A stretch of 64,000 bases of DNA from Candidatus Eisenbergiella intestinipullorum (GTDB lineage: Bacteria > Bacillota > Clostridia > Lachnospirales > Lachnospiraceae). The notes beneath the pieces were generated by a model. It had not been told where the DNA came from. It made no database searches and saw nothing but the letters and a program-made list of their open reading frames with translations. Positions 1 through 8,838 of this stretch are shown here, one piece after another. The DNA is taken from assembly GCA_019119815.1 (NCBI GenBank), contig DWWH01000006.1, positions 130 to 64,129 on the forward strand, given 5' to 3'. Position 1 is the stretch's first letter. Each line of letters starts with the position of its first letter. The position numbers were made by a program, and so were the translations under genes.

Positions 1-863
1 CACGGTACGGTCACCTCAATAAAACCGGATGCGTAAGGACCGATTTCATAGGGCTGCGCATAAAAAACCACGCCCTCCTGCGTCAGATAGCTCTGGCTGA
101 AAAAGTCTGTTTTTGCGCGTATCGTATCCGCCGCATCCTCGAAATAGCCGTCCTCCGGATGCTCCTCAATCCGGGAAAGAAACGCCTCCCTGGCCAGCCC
201 GTTCACTTCCTCCTCTGAGAGAGGAAGGAGGCTCGCAAGCGTCACCTCGCTCCCGTCCGTTTCGCTGAAAATATGATTTTCCCGTCCCGGCATCCCATGA
301 GCGCCTCCCGTAAAAAGATAATTATCCTGCCGGATGGAAATCACTCCCTGCACGGCTGTCACCACCGCCACCGAATAGTCGTCCGCCCAGGGCGCTGCGC
401 CCGCCGACACCTCCGACTCTCTGAATTCCAGCGCTCCCTCCGCCAGGGAATCAGTCCCTGCCTCATAAGATTCCAGTTTATCCGCGGCCCAGCTCCGGTA
501 AAAGGTATTGATGGCTTCCTCCGCCTCCGTGTTTCCCTCAAAGACCGGATATTCCAGGGTCACCGTCAGCGCCGCTTCTCCATCCGACGTATTCCACGCC
601 ATTTCCTCCGTTTCCAGATGATACGTATATGCCCCGGTGGTCAGACTTTCTTCCGTTGTCTCTTCCACGGCGGCCGTACTCTCTTCTGCCGTCTCTTCCG
701 CAATGGCCGTACTCTCTTCCCCAGCGTCCATACTTTCTTGTGTAACTGCGTCTTCCGCTGTATCCGTATCGACAGTATTCAAATCTTCCGCCGCGCCGCA
801 GCCTGCCGTCAGGGATAATAAAAACGCTGCGCAGACCGCTATTATTTTCCATCTTTTTCTCAT
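1..863 (-). CDS. DUF3298/DUF4163-type (RsiV/PdaC-like) lipoprotein, 3' end outside window
   Basis: Not in the ORF track because there is no stop inside the window. The minus frame is open from ATG 861-863 (SD GAAAGGAG upstream) to base 1. N-terminus MRKRWKIIAVCAAFLLSLTAGCGA is a signal peptide plus lipobox. An acidic linker follows, then LEYPVFEG..AINTFY and YLFTGGAHGM motifs typical of DUF4163+DUF3298. Confidence 0.8.
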   Translation of the reverse strand, partial: MRKRWKIIAVCAAFLLSLTAGCGAAEDLNTVDTDTAEDAVTQESMDAGEESTAIAEETAEESTAAVEETTEESLTTGAYTYHLETEEMAWNTSDGEAALTVTLEYPVFEGNTEAEEAINTFYRSWAADKLESYEAGTDSLAEGALEFRESEVSAGAAPWADDYSVAVVTAVQGVISIRQDNYLFTGGAHGMPGRENHIFSETDGSEVTLASLLPLSEEEVNGLAREAFLSRIEEHPEDGYFEDAADTIRAKTDFFSQSYLTQEGVVFYAQPYEIGPYASGFIEVTVP

Positions 864-1068
864 AATCCGCCGCTCCTTTCCTGTAATGATGAAGTCAGAG
901 TCCATACTATTATGTTCCGTCTTTCCTCTTTTATGCTGTTTTTCCTTCTTTCTGCAATCCGGCAGGCAACGTTTCTTCCTTCCCGGCATTATCATACTGT
1001 CAAAAAACACCCGACTTCTTTTGATGCTGGATGTTTTTTTGTTCACATATATCATATACCACATATCC

Positions 1069-1114
1069 TGCAGCGCCGCAGAGCATCCTGTTTCCGATAC
1101 TCTGCGGCGCTGCA
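1069..1114 (-). terminator. Perfect 15-bp inverted repeat just after the glgA stop (possible terminator)
   Basis: TGCAGCGCCGCAGAG / CTCTGCGGCGCTGCA with a 16-nt loop, 7 nt downstream of the glgA stop. The T-run lies on the plus-strand side, not after the hairpin on the minus strand, so function is uncertain. Confidence 0.35.
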
Positions 1115-1120
1115 ACCTTT

Positions 1121-2566
1121 TTAACCGATCAGCCAGTCGTACATCTCCTGATATTTCTTTGCGGAAACATTCCAGGAGAAATCAACAGCCATGCCTCTGT
1201 CGATGATCTTGTTCCATTCGCGCTTCTTGTCATAGTAGATCTTTTCCGCATAACGGATGGTGCCAAGCATCTCATGGGCATTGTAATTGCTGAAGCTGAA
1301 GCCCGTTCCCGTGCTCTCATATTCGTTATACGGCCATACCGTATCCTTCAGGCCGCCCGTTTCACGCACGATCGGCACCGTGCCGTAACGCAGGGCAATC
1401 AGCTGGCTCAGGCCGCAGGGCTCAAAAAGAGAAGGCATCAGGAAAGCGTCGCTGGAGGCGTAGATCCTGTGGGCCACCGCTTCGGAATAATAAATCTGTG
1501 CGGACACCTTTCCCTGATATTTCCAGGCAAAATGCCGGAACATATTTTCATAGCGCTCCTCGCCGGTTCCCAGCACAATGAGCTGGATATTGTCCTGGCA
1601 GAGCTCATCCATCACATAGGCCACCAGGTCAAAGCCCTTCTGATCGGTCAGACGGGAAACCACGCCAATCACCATGGCCTTGTCGTCCTGATTCAGTCCA
1701 AAATCAGCCTGCAGGGCACGTTTGTTTTTGATCTTTTCCTTCCGGAAGTTCACCGCGTTGAAGGTACGGGTGATAAACGGATCGGTTTCCGGATTATATT
1801 CATCATAATCAATGCCGTTCACGATACCTCTCAGATCGCCGCTTCTGGCGCGCATCAGGCCGTCCAGCCCTTCGCCGTAAAAAGGCGTCTTGATCTCCTC
1901 CGCATAGGTATTGCTCACCGTCGTAATGGCATCCGCATACACCAGGCCGCCCTTTAAGAGATTGGCATCCTTATAAGCCTCCAGCTTATCCGGTGTAAAG
2001 AATGACATGGGAAGGCCCGTGATGTCCTGTACCTCCTTAATGCTCCATTTTCCCTGGAACTTCAGGTTGTGGATCGTCATGACCGTCTTGATCCCGCGGT
2101 AAAAATCGCTCCCCTGGAATCTCTCATGCAGATAGACCGGAATCAGTCCTGTCTGCCAGTCGTGGCAATGGATCAGATCAGGCCGGAAATCGATCACGGG
2201 CAGGATGGACAGCGCCGCCTTGGAGAAAAATGCGAACTTCTCGATCTCGAACAGCGCGTTGTCACAGTAGGGCTTGAATCCGTTGAAATAAAACTCATTG
2301 TCGATGAAATAGAACTTGATGCCGTCCACTTCTGATTCCATGATTCCCACATACTGATTCTGCCAGTGGAAATCCATGTAAAAATGGGTCCTGTAGGTCA
2401 GCCGGTCCTTCATCGCCTGCGTCATGCACACATATTTCGGCAGAATCACCCGGACATCGTAATATTCCCTGTCGATGCACTTGGGCAGCGCCCCCACCAC
2501 ATCTGCCAGACCGCCTGTTTTTATGAACGGTACGCCTTCCGAAGCCACAAACAGAATTTTTTTCAT
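1121..2566 (-). CDS. glgA: Glycogen synthase (ADP-glucose type)
   Basis: N-terminus MKKILFVASEGVPFIKTGGLADVVGALPK and C-terminal ..PSLFEPCGLSQL..RYGTVPIVRETGGLKDTV are GT5 glycogen synthase signatures. ATG 2566 is preceded by GGGAGGA. Confidence 0.95.
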   Translation of the reverse strand: MKKILFVASEGVPFIKTGGLADVVGALPKCIDREYYDVRVILPKYVCMTQAMKDRLTYRTHFYMDFHWQNQYVGIMESEVDGIKFYFIDNEFYFNGFKPYCDNALFEIEKFAFFSKAALSILPVIDFRPDLIHCHDWQTGLIPVYLHERFQGSDFYRGIKTVMTIHNLKFQGKWSIKEVQDITGLPMSFFTPDKLEAYKDANLLKGGLVYADAITTVSNTYAEEIKTPFYGEGLDGLMRARSGDLRGIVNGIDYDEYNPETDPFITRTFNAVNFRKEKIKNKRALQADFGLNQDDKAMVIGVVSRLTDQKGFDLVAYVMDELCQDNIQLIVLGTGEERYENMFRHFAWKYQGKVSAQIYYSEAVAHRIYASSDAFLMPSLFEPCGLSQLIALRYGTVPIVRETGGLKDTVWPYNEYESTGTGFSFSNYNAHEMLGTIRYAEKIYYDKKREWNKIIDRGMAVDFSWNVSAKKYQEMYDWLIG

Positions 2567-2698
2567 TGTAAATCCTCCCGTAATCAATAAGAATATCCTT
2601 CTCTAAATTTCGGCTTTGTGTCTATTATACATCATCACCGCATTGAAATAAAGGACTTTTTCCCGGAAGGAAAGACGCCCCGGCCGGAGCGCAGACCC

Positions 2699-3232
2699 TC
2701 AGCCTTTGTACTGCAGGCGGATCTTGTCGGCGATCAGAGCGATGAATTCCGAATTGGTAGGCTTTCCCTTGCCGGTATTGATGGTATAGCCAAACAGAGC
2801 ATCCAGCGTCTCCATCCTTCCTCTGCTCCACGCCACCTCGATTGCATGGCGGATAGCGCGCTCCACGCGGCTGGGCGTGGTCTGATATTTTTTCGCGATG
2901 GTGGGATAGAGGACCTTTGTGATGGAGTTGAGCATTTCGATGTCCTGAACGGACATCATGATCGCCTCTCTCAGATACTGGTATCCTTTGATGTGCGCCG
3001 GAACGCCGATCTCATGAATCATATCCGTCACATCCTTTTCCAGATCGTGCGGCGGCGTCTGATGGGATGCCTGCGCAGGCTTCTCCTCCTGTGCCGTCAG
3101 CTCCGGGGCGGCCGTCCCTGCAGCCGGCACCGTGATCATGATCTGAAATTCCTGATTCGTTTTCATCAGGTCGGTCAAAATCTGGACCACTCTTTCACTG
3201 TCCTTTCCCGTATTCATACGAAGCTGTTCCAT
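2699..3232 (-). CDS. spo0A: Spo0A C-terminal (DNA-binding) domain protein lacking a receiver domain
   Basis: [72 protein letters not shown] matches the Spo0A effector domain almost residue for residue. ATG at 3232 has GGAGGA 5 nt upstream; the ORF-track GTG at 3283 is less likely. It sits immediately downstream of spoIVB, as in Bacillus. Confidence 0.85.
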   Translation of the reverse strand: MEQLRMNTGKDSERVVQILTDLMKTNQEFQIMITVPAAGTAAPELTAQEEKPAQASHQTPPHDLEKDVTDMIHEIGVPAHIKGYQYLREAIMMSVQDIEMLNSITKVLYPTIAKKYQTTPSRVERAIRHAIEVAWSRGRMETLDALFGYTINTGKGKPTNSEFIALIADKIRLQYKG

Positions 3233-3447
3233 ATTTGTCCTCCATTCATCCAAAAAACCTTTTCTTTCTGTCTGTTCCTGCACTAATTATATAAGAATGA
3301 CAAAATATGGCAACCTTCTTTCGTCGCAAAAAACGCGCTAAACCGTTATATTTCGATACGCTTCCGGCTCTCTTTCTGTCGGTTTTGTGCGAAACCGGTT
3401 GAAAAGCGGCGATAATCGACGGTTTTCGTCCGGGCTCCGGCCCGGCC

Positions 3448-4770
3448 TCAATGCCCGAGCATGTTTTCAATAAAGATCCCATACCCTTTCGTGGGGTCGT
3501 TTACCAGTACATGGGTGACTGCGCCGATCAGCTTTCCATCCTGGATGATGGGTGCGCCGCTCATGCCCTGGACAATGCCGCCGGTCAGAGCCAGAAGGCG
3601 TTCATCCGTGACGGTGATCTCAAGCCCTCTGTTCACATTGTCATGATCCAGATGGATCCCTGTGATCTCGATGGTATACAGCTCCGGTTCGCCGCCCACG
3701 CTGCACAGGATTTCCGCCTCCCCTTCTGCCACCTCCTGTTTGAGTCCGACGGGGATGGCGGAGGAGATGATCCCGTCTGTGGCTTCCTCGTCCAGGCTGC
3801 CGTAGATCCCCTCTTCGGTATTGGCCTCTATGGTTCCGATCCGGTTGCTTTCCCCATAGTCGATCACGCCGGTCAGCTCGCCGGGAGCGCCGTTTTCCCC
3901 CCTGCGGATGGCTACGATCTGCGTCTGATACAGGCTGCCGCTTTCCAGATCCATCAGCTCCGCCGTGTCCACATCGTTGATGCCGTGTCCCAGCGCGCCG
4001 AAGCTGTTGTCCTCATCCAGCCAGGTGAGCGTGCCCACGCCCTGCGCATTGTCACGGATCCAGATCCCCAGCTTGTATTCCCCGTTCTGATTCTGCTCCG
4101 GCTGAAGGCTTACGTCAAACTGCTGTCCGTCCCTCTGAATGGTCAGAAGCATCTGTTTTCCTTCGCTGTCCGCGATGCGCTGCATGAATTCCGCCTTCCC
4201 CGTCACCTCCTCTCCGTTCGCTTTCAGGATGTAGTCTCCTTCCTTCAGGAGCCTGGCTGCAGGAGCATTCATCTGCCCTTCCGGCCCTTCAAATTCCCCG
4301 GTGGCGATCACCAGGACTCCTTTCGTCTTTACATAGATGCCGATGGGAATTCCCGCCGGGATCAGGGTCCTGTCATCGATCACCTCCACCTGCACGGTCT
4401 TAAAAGGGATCAGGCCGAACAGCTTCAGCTGCATGGTATAGCTTTCCAGCTCCTGCGCATACAGTGTAAGGGGCCTGCTCAGATCCACCGGCAGGCTTTC
4501 GGAGGAAGTGCTGCCGGTCACGCTCCTTCCCACGGCCGCCACCGCTTCTTCTTTGTATCCGTCTTCTTTCTTTTCTCCCGCTTCCTCATTCCGGTAAACT
4601 TCCCCTGATGCGGGAACATTCAGGTCCAACTCCTGCTGCACGCCTGCCCGGATATGGATCATGCCGGGCACACGGTTCCACAGAAGGAACATCCAACATA
4701 TAAAAAGCGCCGCAACGGCACAGATAAGGATCAGACACAGGATCAATCTGTATTTTCGTCTCCTTTCCAA
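3448..4770 (-). CDS. spoIVB: SpoIVB peptidase (S55 family, PDZ domain)
   Basis: N-terminal TM segment, PDZ-like LLKEGDYILKANGEEV, and S55 catalytic region GVGTLTW..FGALGHGI and GMSGAPIIQDGKLIGAVTHVLVNDPTKGYGIFIENM. Synteny is recN-spoIVB-spo0A. Apparent TTG start. Confidence 0.9.
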   Translation of the reverse strand: MERRRKYRLILCLILICAVAALFICWMFLLWNRVPGMIHIRAGVQQELDLNVPASGEVYRNEEAGEKKEDGYKEEAVAAVGRSVTGSTSSESLPVDLSRPLTLYAQELESYTMQLKLFGLIPFKTVQVEVIDDRTLIPAGIPIGIYVKTKGVLVIATGEFEGPEGQMNAPAARLLKEGDYILKANGEEVTGKAEFMQRIADSEGKQMLLTIQRDGQQFDVSLQPEQNQNGEYKLGIWIRDNAQGVGTLTWLDEDNSFGALGHGINDVDTAELMDLESGSLYQTQIVAIRRGENGAPGELTGVIDYGESNRIGTIEANTEEGIYGSLDEEATDGIISSAIPVGLKQEVAEGEAEILCSVGGEPELYTIEITGIHLDHDNVNRGLEITVTDERLLALTGGIVQGMSGAPIIQDGKLIGAVTHVLVNDPTKGYGIFIENMLGH

Positions 4771-4858
4771 TTCCTCACATCCTTTCCCAAAAACTTGAAA
4801 AGGACATACATCTGCATGTACGTCCTTTCTAGTATGTGAAGAATCGGTTTCCGCTAGT

Positions 4859-6544
4859 TTAGTATTGTTTTGTATGCTCTGCCATTTCTTTCAATTCTCT
4901 CGCGTTGGCAAGCGCGCTCTCTGTCAGGACATCCCCTCCCAGCATACGGGCCAGCTCCCGCTCCACCGCAGCTCCTCTGATCTCTTCGATGCAGGTGCGG
5001 GTGGTTCCGTCGCCGGATTTTTTTTCAATGACAAAATGATTGTCCGCCATGGCCGCGATCTGAGGCAGGTGGGTGATGCAGATCACCTGACGTGCCTTTC
5101 CCAGAACCGCCAGCTTCTGCGAAACCTTCCAGGCGGTTTTCCCGCTGATCCCGGTATCGATCTCGTCAAAAATGAAGGTATCCCTGTCCTCCTGGGCCGC
5201 CGTCACCGTTTTCAGGGCCAGCATGATGCGGGAAAGCTCACCGCCGCTCGCCACCTCAGACAGCGGCTTCTTCGGCTCGCCCGGATTGGTGGAGATCCGA
5301 AAGGACACCTCATCCCAACCATCGGAAGCGGGACAGTCCTTTTGGGTCAGAAGCACGTCGAAATCCACATGGCTGAAATTCAGATCGGAAAGCGCTGCGA
5401 TCAGAAGCTGCGACAGCCTTTCTCCCGCCCTGCGGCGGATGCCGGACAGCTGTGCGCACAGCCTCTCCACCTGTGCTCTTTCTTCTTCCAGCCTTCCCTG
5501 AAGCCGCTCCCGATATGCGTCCGCATCCTGCAGGCGTTCGATCTCCTGCTGCCTTTCTTCCTGGTAGCGCAGGATTTCCGGGATGGTATTTCCATATTTT
5601 TCCTTGAGACGGTTGATCAGATTCAGCCGCTCTTCCACCTGGATAAAATCCGCCTGATCAAATTCCAGGTCAGAAAGGTATTCGGACACGGAATGGTTGA
5701 AGTCGTTCAGCAGTCCTTCCATATCGGAAAGCATGGAAATCAGCTGCTCCAGCTCTTCATCACAGGCGCTGACGGAGGAAAGCTCCCGCAGGGCCCGTCC
5801 CACCGCTTCGGAAACACCTCCCTCCGTTTCCGAGCCGGTCAGCTCCCAGGCGGCGCCCACCGCCTCCGCGATGCGGCGGCTGTTTGCCATCTTCCGGTAG
5901 CGTCCCTCCAGCTGCTCATCCTCTCCTTCCTTCAGTCCGGCATCCGCGATCTCCTGCTCCTCAAAGCCCGCGAGGGAAAGGGCGCGTTCCCTCTCTCTGC
6001 TGTCCATGCTGCATTCGGCAAGCAGCTTCTGTGTCTGGCGGAATGCCTCCCAGCTTTTTTTCAGCTCCCGTTTCAGACCGGCCGCTTCCTCCCCGGCAAA
6101 ATCATCCAGGATCTCCAGGTGACGCTTGGGCTTTAACAGCTTCTGAGAGTCATGCTGACCGTGGATGTCGATGAGGATGCCGGAAAGCTCCTTTAAGAGC
6201 CTGCCGTTCACCGTCTCCCCGTTGACCCGGCTCAGACTCCTTCCGGGCAGGATGCGGCGCTGCAGGATCACCATGCCGTCTTCCTCCACGGGGATGTCAA
6301 GCGCCCTTACCCGATCCGCCTGCTCCTTCCTGTCCAGCGCAAAGACCAGCTCCACCAGCGCCTGATCCGCTCCTGTGCGGATCATATCCCTGTCGGCCCT
6401 GCCTCCAAGGGCCAGACTGACAGAACCCAGGAGGATGGATTTGCCCGCGCCCGTCTCACCGGTCAGGATGTTCAGGCCCGGGCCGAAAAAAACCTCCGTT
6501 TCCTGGATCAGCGCCAGATTTTTCACATGTAAGCTCACCAACAT
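4859..6544 (-). CDS. recN: DNA repair protein RecN
   Basis: MLVSLHVKNLALIQ..LNILTGETGAGKSILL (Walker A), long coiled coil, and C-terminal ASGGELSRIMLALK..FIFDEIDTGISG. Confidence 0.95.
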   Translation of the reverse strand: MLVSLHVKNLALIQETEVFFGPGLNILTGETGAGKSILLGSVSLALGGRADRDMIRTGADQALVELVFALDRKEQADRVRALDIPVEEDGMVILQRRILPGRSLSRVNGETVNGRLLKELSGILIDIHGQHDSQKLLKPKRHLEILDDFAGEEAAGLKRELKKSWEAFRQTQKLLAECSMDSRERERALSLAGFEEQEIADAGLKEGEDEQLEGRYRKMANSRRIAEAVGAAWELTGSETEGGVSEAVGRALRELSSVSACDEELEQLISMLSDMEGLLNDFNHSVSEYLSDLEFDQADFIQVEERLNLINRLKEKYGNTIPEILRYQEERQQEIERLQDADAYRERLQGRLEEERAQVERLCAQLSGIRRRAGERLSQLLIAALSDLNFSHVDFDVLLTQKDCPASDGWDEVSFRISTNPGEPKKPLSEVASGGELSRIMLALKTVTAAQEDRDTFIFDEIDTGISGKTAWKVSQKLAVLGKARQVICITHLPQIAAMADNHFVIEKKSGDGTTRTCIEEIRGAAVERELARMLGGDVLTESALANARELKEMAEHTKQY

Positions 6545-6564
6545 ATTCCTACCCGTTTTCCTCC

Positions 6565-7029
6565 CTATTTTCCCAGGATGCGGCGGATCTTTTCCATGAC
6601 TGCCCTCGTATCCTCCACGCTGCGGATTGCCATCATGATGGTATCATCTCCTGCGATGCAGCCCACGATCTCCTGAAACTTCATGGCGTCCACCGCGGCG
6701 GCCACCGCCATGGCCATGCCGGATACGGTCTTGATCACCAGGATGTTCTGGGCCATATCCATGGAAACGAAGCCGTCCTTCAGCACACGCACATATTTGT
6801 CCCACAGATGGCTGTCATCCTGCTTTAATACCACATATTTCTGGCGGCCGTTGCCCGCCGGCACCTTGGACAGGTGAAGCTGCCTGATGTCCCTGGAGAT
6901 CGTGGACTGGGTCACCGCAAAGCCTGCTTCCTTCAGCCGGTCGGCAAGCTCCTCCTGCGTTTCGATCTCGCTGTTTTCCACCAGTTCCACGATTTTTTCC
7001 TGTCTGCTCTGTTTCATCCGTCTACTCAC
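6565..7029 (-). CDS. argR: Arginine repressor
   Basis: 154 aa with winged-helix N-terminus (QEELADRLKEAGFAVTQSTISRDI) and C-terminal GCIAGDDTIM oligomerisation/arginine-binding motif. Adjacent to recN as in Bacillus (ahrC). Confidence 0.9.
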   Translation of the reverse strand: MSRRMKQSRQEKIVELVENSEIETQEELADRLKEAGFAVTQSTISRDIRQLHLSKVPAGNGRQKYVVLKQDDSHLWDKYVRVLKDGFVSMDMAQNILVIKTVSGMAMAVAAAVDAMKFQEIVGCIAGDDTIMMAIRSVEDTRAVMEKIRRILGK

Positions 7030-7906
7030 TCATCTTTCTATGTAAGCGTTCCAGAAATCCCGGCTCGCTCAGCCTGATAATGGAGGTGGTCCGCTCGCTT
7101 TTTTTTACCCGGACCCGGTCTCCGGTCCGAAGCCTGGTGAGCAGGCTCCCGTCAAAGCTGACTTCCACCTCCTGCACGCCGCCCGAAGGCTTTTCGCCGA
7201 TCTCCACCACCACCTCGTCCCGGTCGCAGAGCACCACGCTCCGGGTGTTGAGCGTATGGGGACAGATAGGCGTCAGGAGGATCAGTCCGGCTTCCGGCTC
7301 CGCGATGGGACCGCCCGCCGAAAGGTTATAGCCGGTGGAACCGGTCGGAGTGGCGATCACGATCCCGTCCGCCCCATAGCTTGCCAGAAGCTGTCCGTTC
7401 ACCCAGATTTTCAGAGGAACCACCTGCATGGGGCCGCATCTGGTAACGGTCACGTCGTTCAGCGCATCGAGCTGGGCCGTCTCCCTGCTCCCGTCTCCCC
7501 GGAGCACGCTTCCGGAAAGCATCATCCGCTGCTCGACGGCATATTCACCGCGCAGCAGCCGTTCCAGCGCCGCGTCCAGAGCGCAGACCTCCACCTCTGC
7601 CAGATAGCCCATGGTCCCCAGGTTCACGCCCAGGAGAGGAATCCGGCTGGAAGCCGTCTCCTTTGCCGCTTTCAGCATGGTCCCGTCCCCGCCGAGCACG
7701 ATCATGCAGGCCGCCCGATCCGGCCTGCAGCCTTCTCCTTCCTCCGTACGAAGCCCCAGCTGCAGCGCGTCCTCATTATCCGCGAATACGGAAACCCTCG
7801 CGCCCCGCGCCTCCAGAAATCCGCGGATGCGCTCCGTCACAAGAAGCCCCGGATCCTTGGGCCGGTTCGTCATGATGATATAAGAATTGTTCGTCTCTGT
7901 GCCCAT
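7022..7906 (-). CDS. nadK: NAD(+) kinase
   Basis: GGDGTML, NLGTMGYL and ATPTGSTGYNLSAGGPI motifs. Start chosen at ATG 7906 (after the tlyA stop); exact start is uncertain. Confidence 0.85.
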   Translation of the reverse strand: MGTETNNSYIIMTNRPKDPGLLVTERIRGFLEARGARVSVFADNEDALQLGLRTEEGEGCRPDRAACMIVLGGDGTMLKAAKETASSRIPLLGVNLGTMGYLAEVEVCALDAALERLLRGEYAVEQRMMLSGSVLRGDGSRETAQLDALNDVTVTRCGPMQVVPLKIWVNGQLLASYGADGIVIATPTGSTGYNLSAGGPIAEPEAGLILLTPICPHTLNTRSVVLCDRDEVVVEIGEKPSGGVQEVEVSFDGSLLTRLRTGDRVRVKKSERTTSIIRLSEPGFLERLHRKMSE

Positions 7907-7953
7907 TTTTCCGTCCAGCCTGTTCCTTTCCGGTCCGCAGGGTGCGCCTTTTG

Positions 7954-8838
7954 TTACTCCACCTGTGTATGCGCCTGCTGTACCACGTCTGCGATCCTCT
8001 CCTGCCATCCGCCCGTTCCGGAAAGGCCGCCTCCCTCCGCCTCAAAACCTGCAAAGCCCCTCAGCGCATCCGCCTCGGAAAAGGCCGCAGTCCGCGCATC
8101 CTGCTGCGGATCCTTTTCCAGCCAGATCAGATATTCGATGTTCCCCTCCGGACCTCTCACCGGGGAAAAGGTCAGTCCCTTCACCCCAAAGCCGAGGAAT
8201 GCGGCAAAGTCTGCAACCTTTCCGATCACCTCCCGGTGCACGGAAGGCTCTCTCACCACGCCTTTTTTCCCAACCTTTTCCCGGCCCGCCTCAAACTGAG
8301 GCTTGATCAGGCAGACCATCTGTCCTTCCGGCTTTAACAGCCTTCTTGCAGGCAGAAGGATCCTGGTAAGGGAAATGAAGGACACATCCACGGAAGCAAA
8401 ATCCAGCTCGTCCGGAATATCCTTTTTTTCCATATAGCGGAAGTTGGTGCGCTCCATGCAGACCACCCGTTCGTCGCAGCGAAGCTTCCAGGCCAGCTGG
8501 CCGTGTCCCACGTCCACCGCATAGACCCTTTCCGCCCCGTTCTGCAGCATGCAGTCGGTAAAGCCTCCGGTGGAAGCGCCGATGTCCATGCAGATCTTTC
8601 CCTGTAGGGAAATGGGGAACTCCTTCATGGCCTTTTCCAGCTTCAGACCGCCCCGGCTCACGTATTTCAGAGGATTCTCCTTCACCGTGATCTGCACATT
8701 TTCTGCGAACACGGCTCCGGCCTTATCCTCTCTCTGTCCGTCCACGAACACGTTTCCGGACATGATGACCGCCTTCGCCTTTTCCCGGGAAGGCGCATAT
8801 CCCAGCTTCACAAGAAGCACATCCAGCCGTTCCTTCAT
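7954..8838 (-). CDS. tlyA: TlyA-family rRNA 2'-O-methyltransferase (S4 + FtsJ domains)
   Basis: MKERLDVLLVKLGYAPSREKAKAVI (S4 domain) and DIGASTGGFTDCML (SAM site). ATG 8836-8838 overlaps the dxs TGA (ATGA coupling). Confidence 0.85.
   Translation of the reverse strand: MKERLDVLLVKLGYAPSREKAKAVIMSGNVFVDGQREDKAGAVFAENVQITVKENPLKYVSRGGLKLEKAMKEFPISLQGKICMDIGASTGGFTDCMLQNGAERVYAVDVGHGQLAWKLRCDERVVCMERTNFRYMEKKDIPDELDFASVDVSFISLTRILLPARRLLKPEGQMVCLIKPQFEAGREKVGKKGVVREPSVHREVIGKVADFAAFLGFGVKGLTFSPVRGPEGNIEYLIWLEKDPQQDARTAAFSEADALRGFAGFEAEGGGLSGTGGWQERIADVVQQAHTQVE

Noticed and set aside
3233-3447. Several 0A-box-like heptamers (TATCGAA, GGACGAA, CGACGAA, GTGCGAA) upstream of the truncated spo0A
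   Set aside because: Each deviates from TGNCGAA. Such near-matches are expected by chance in 215 nt, and I cannot evaluate spacing or promoter context without data.
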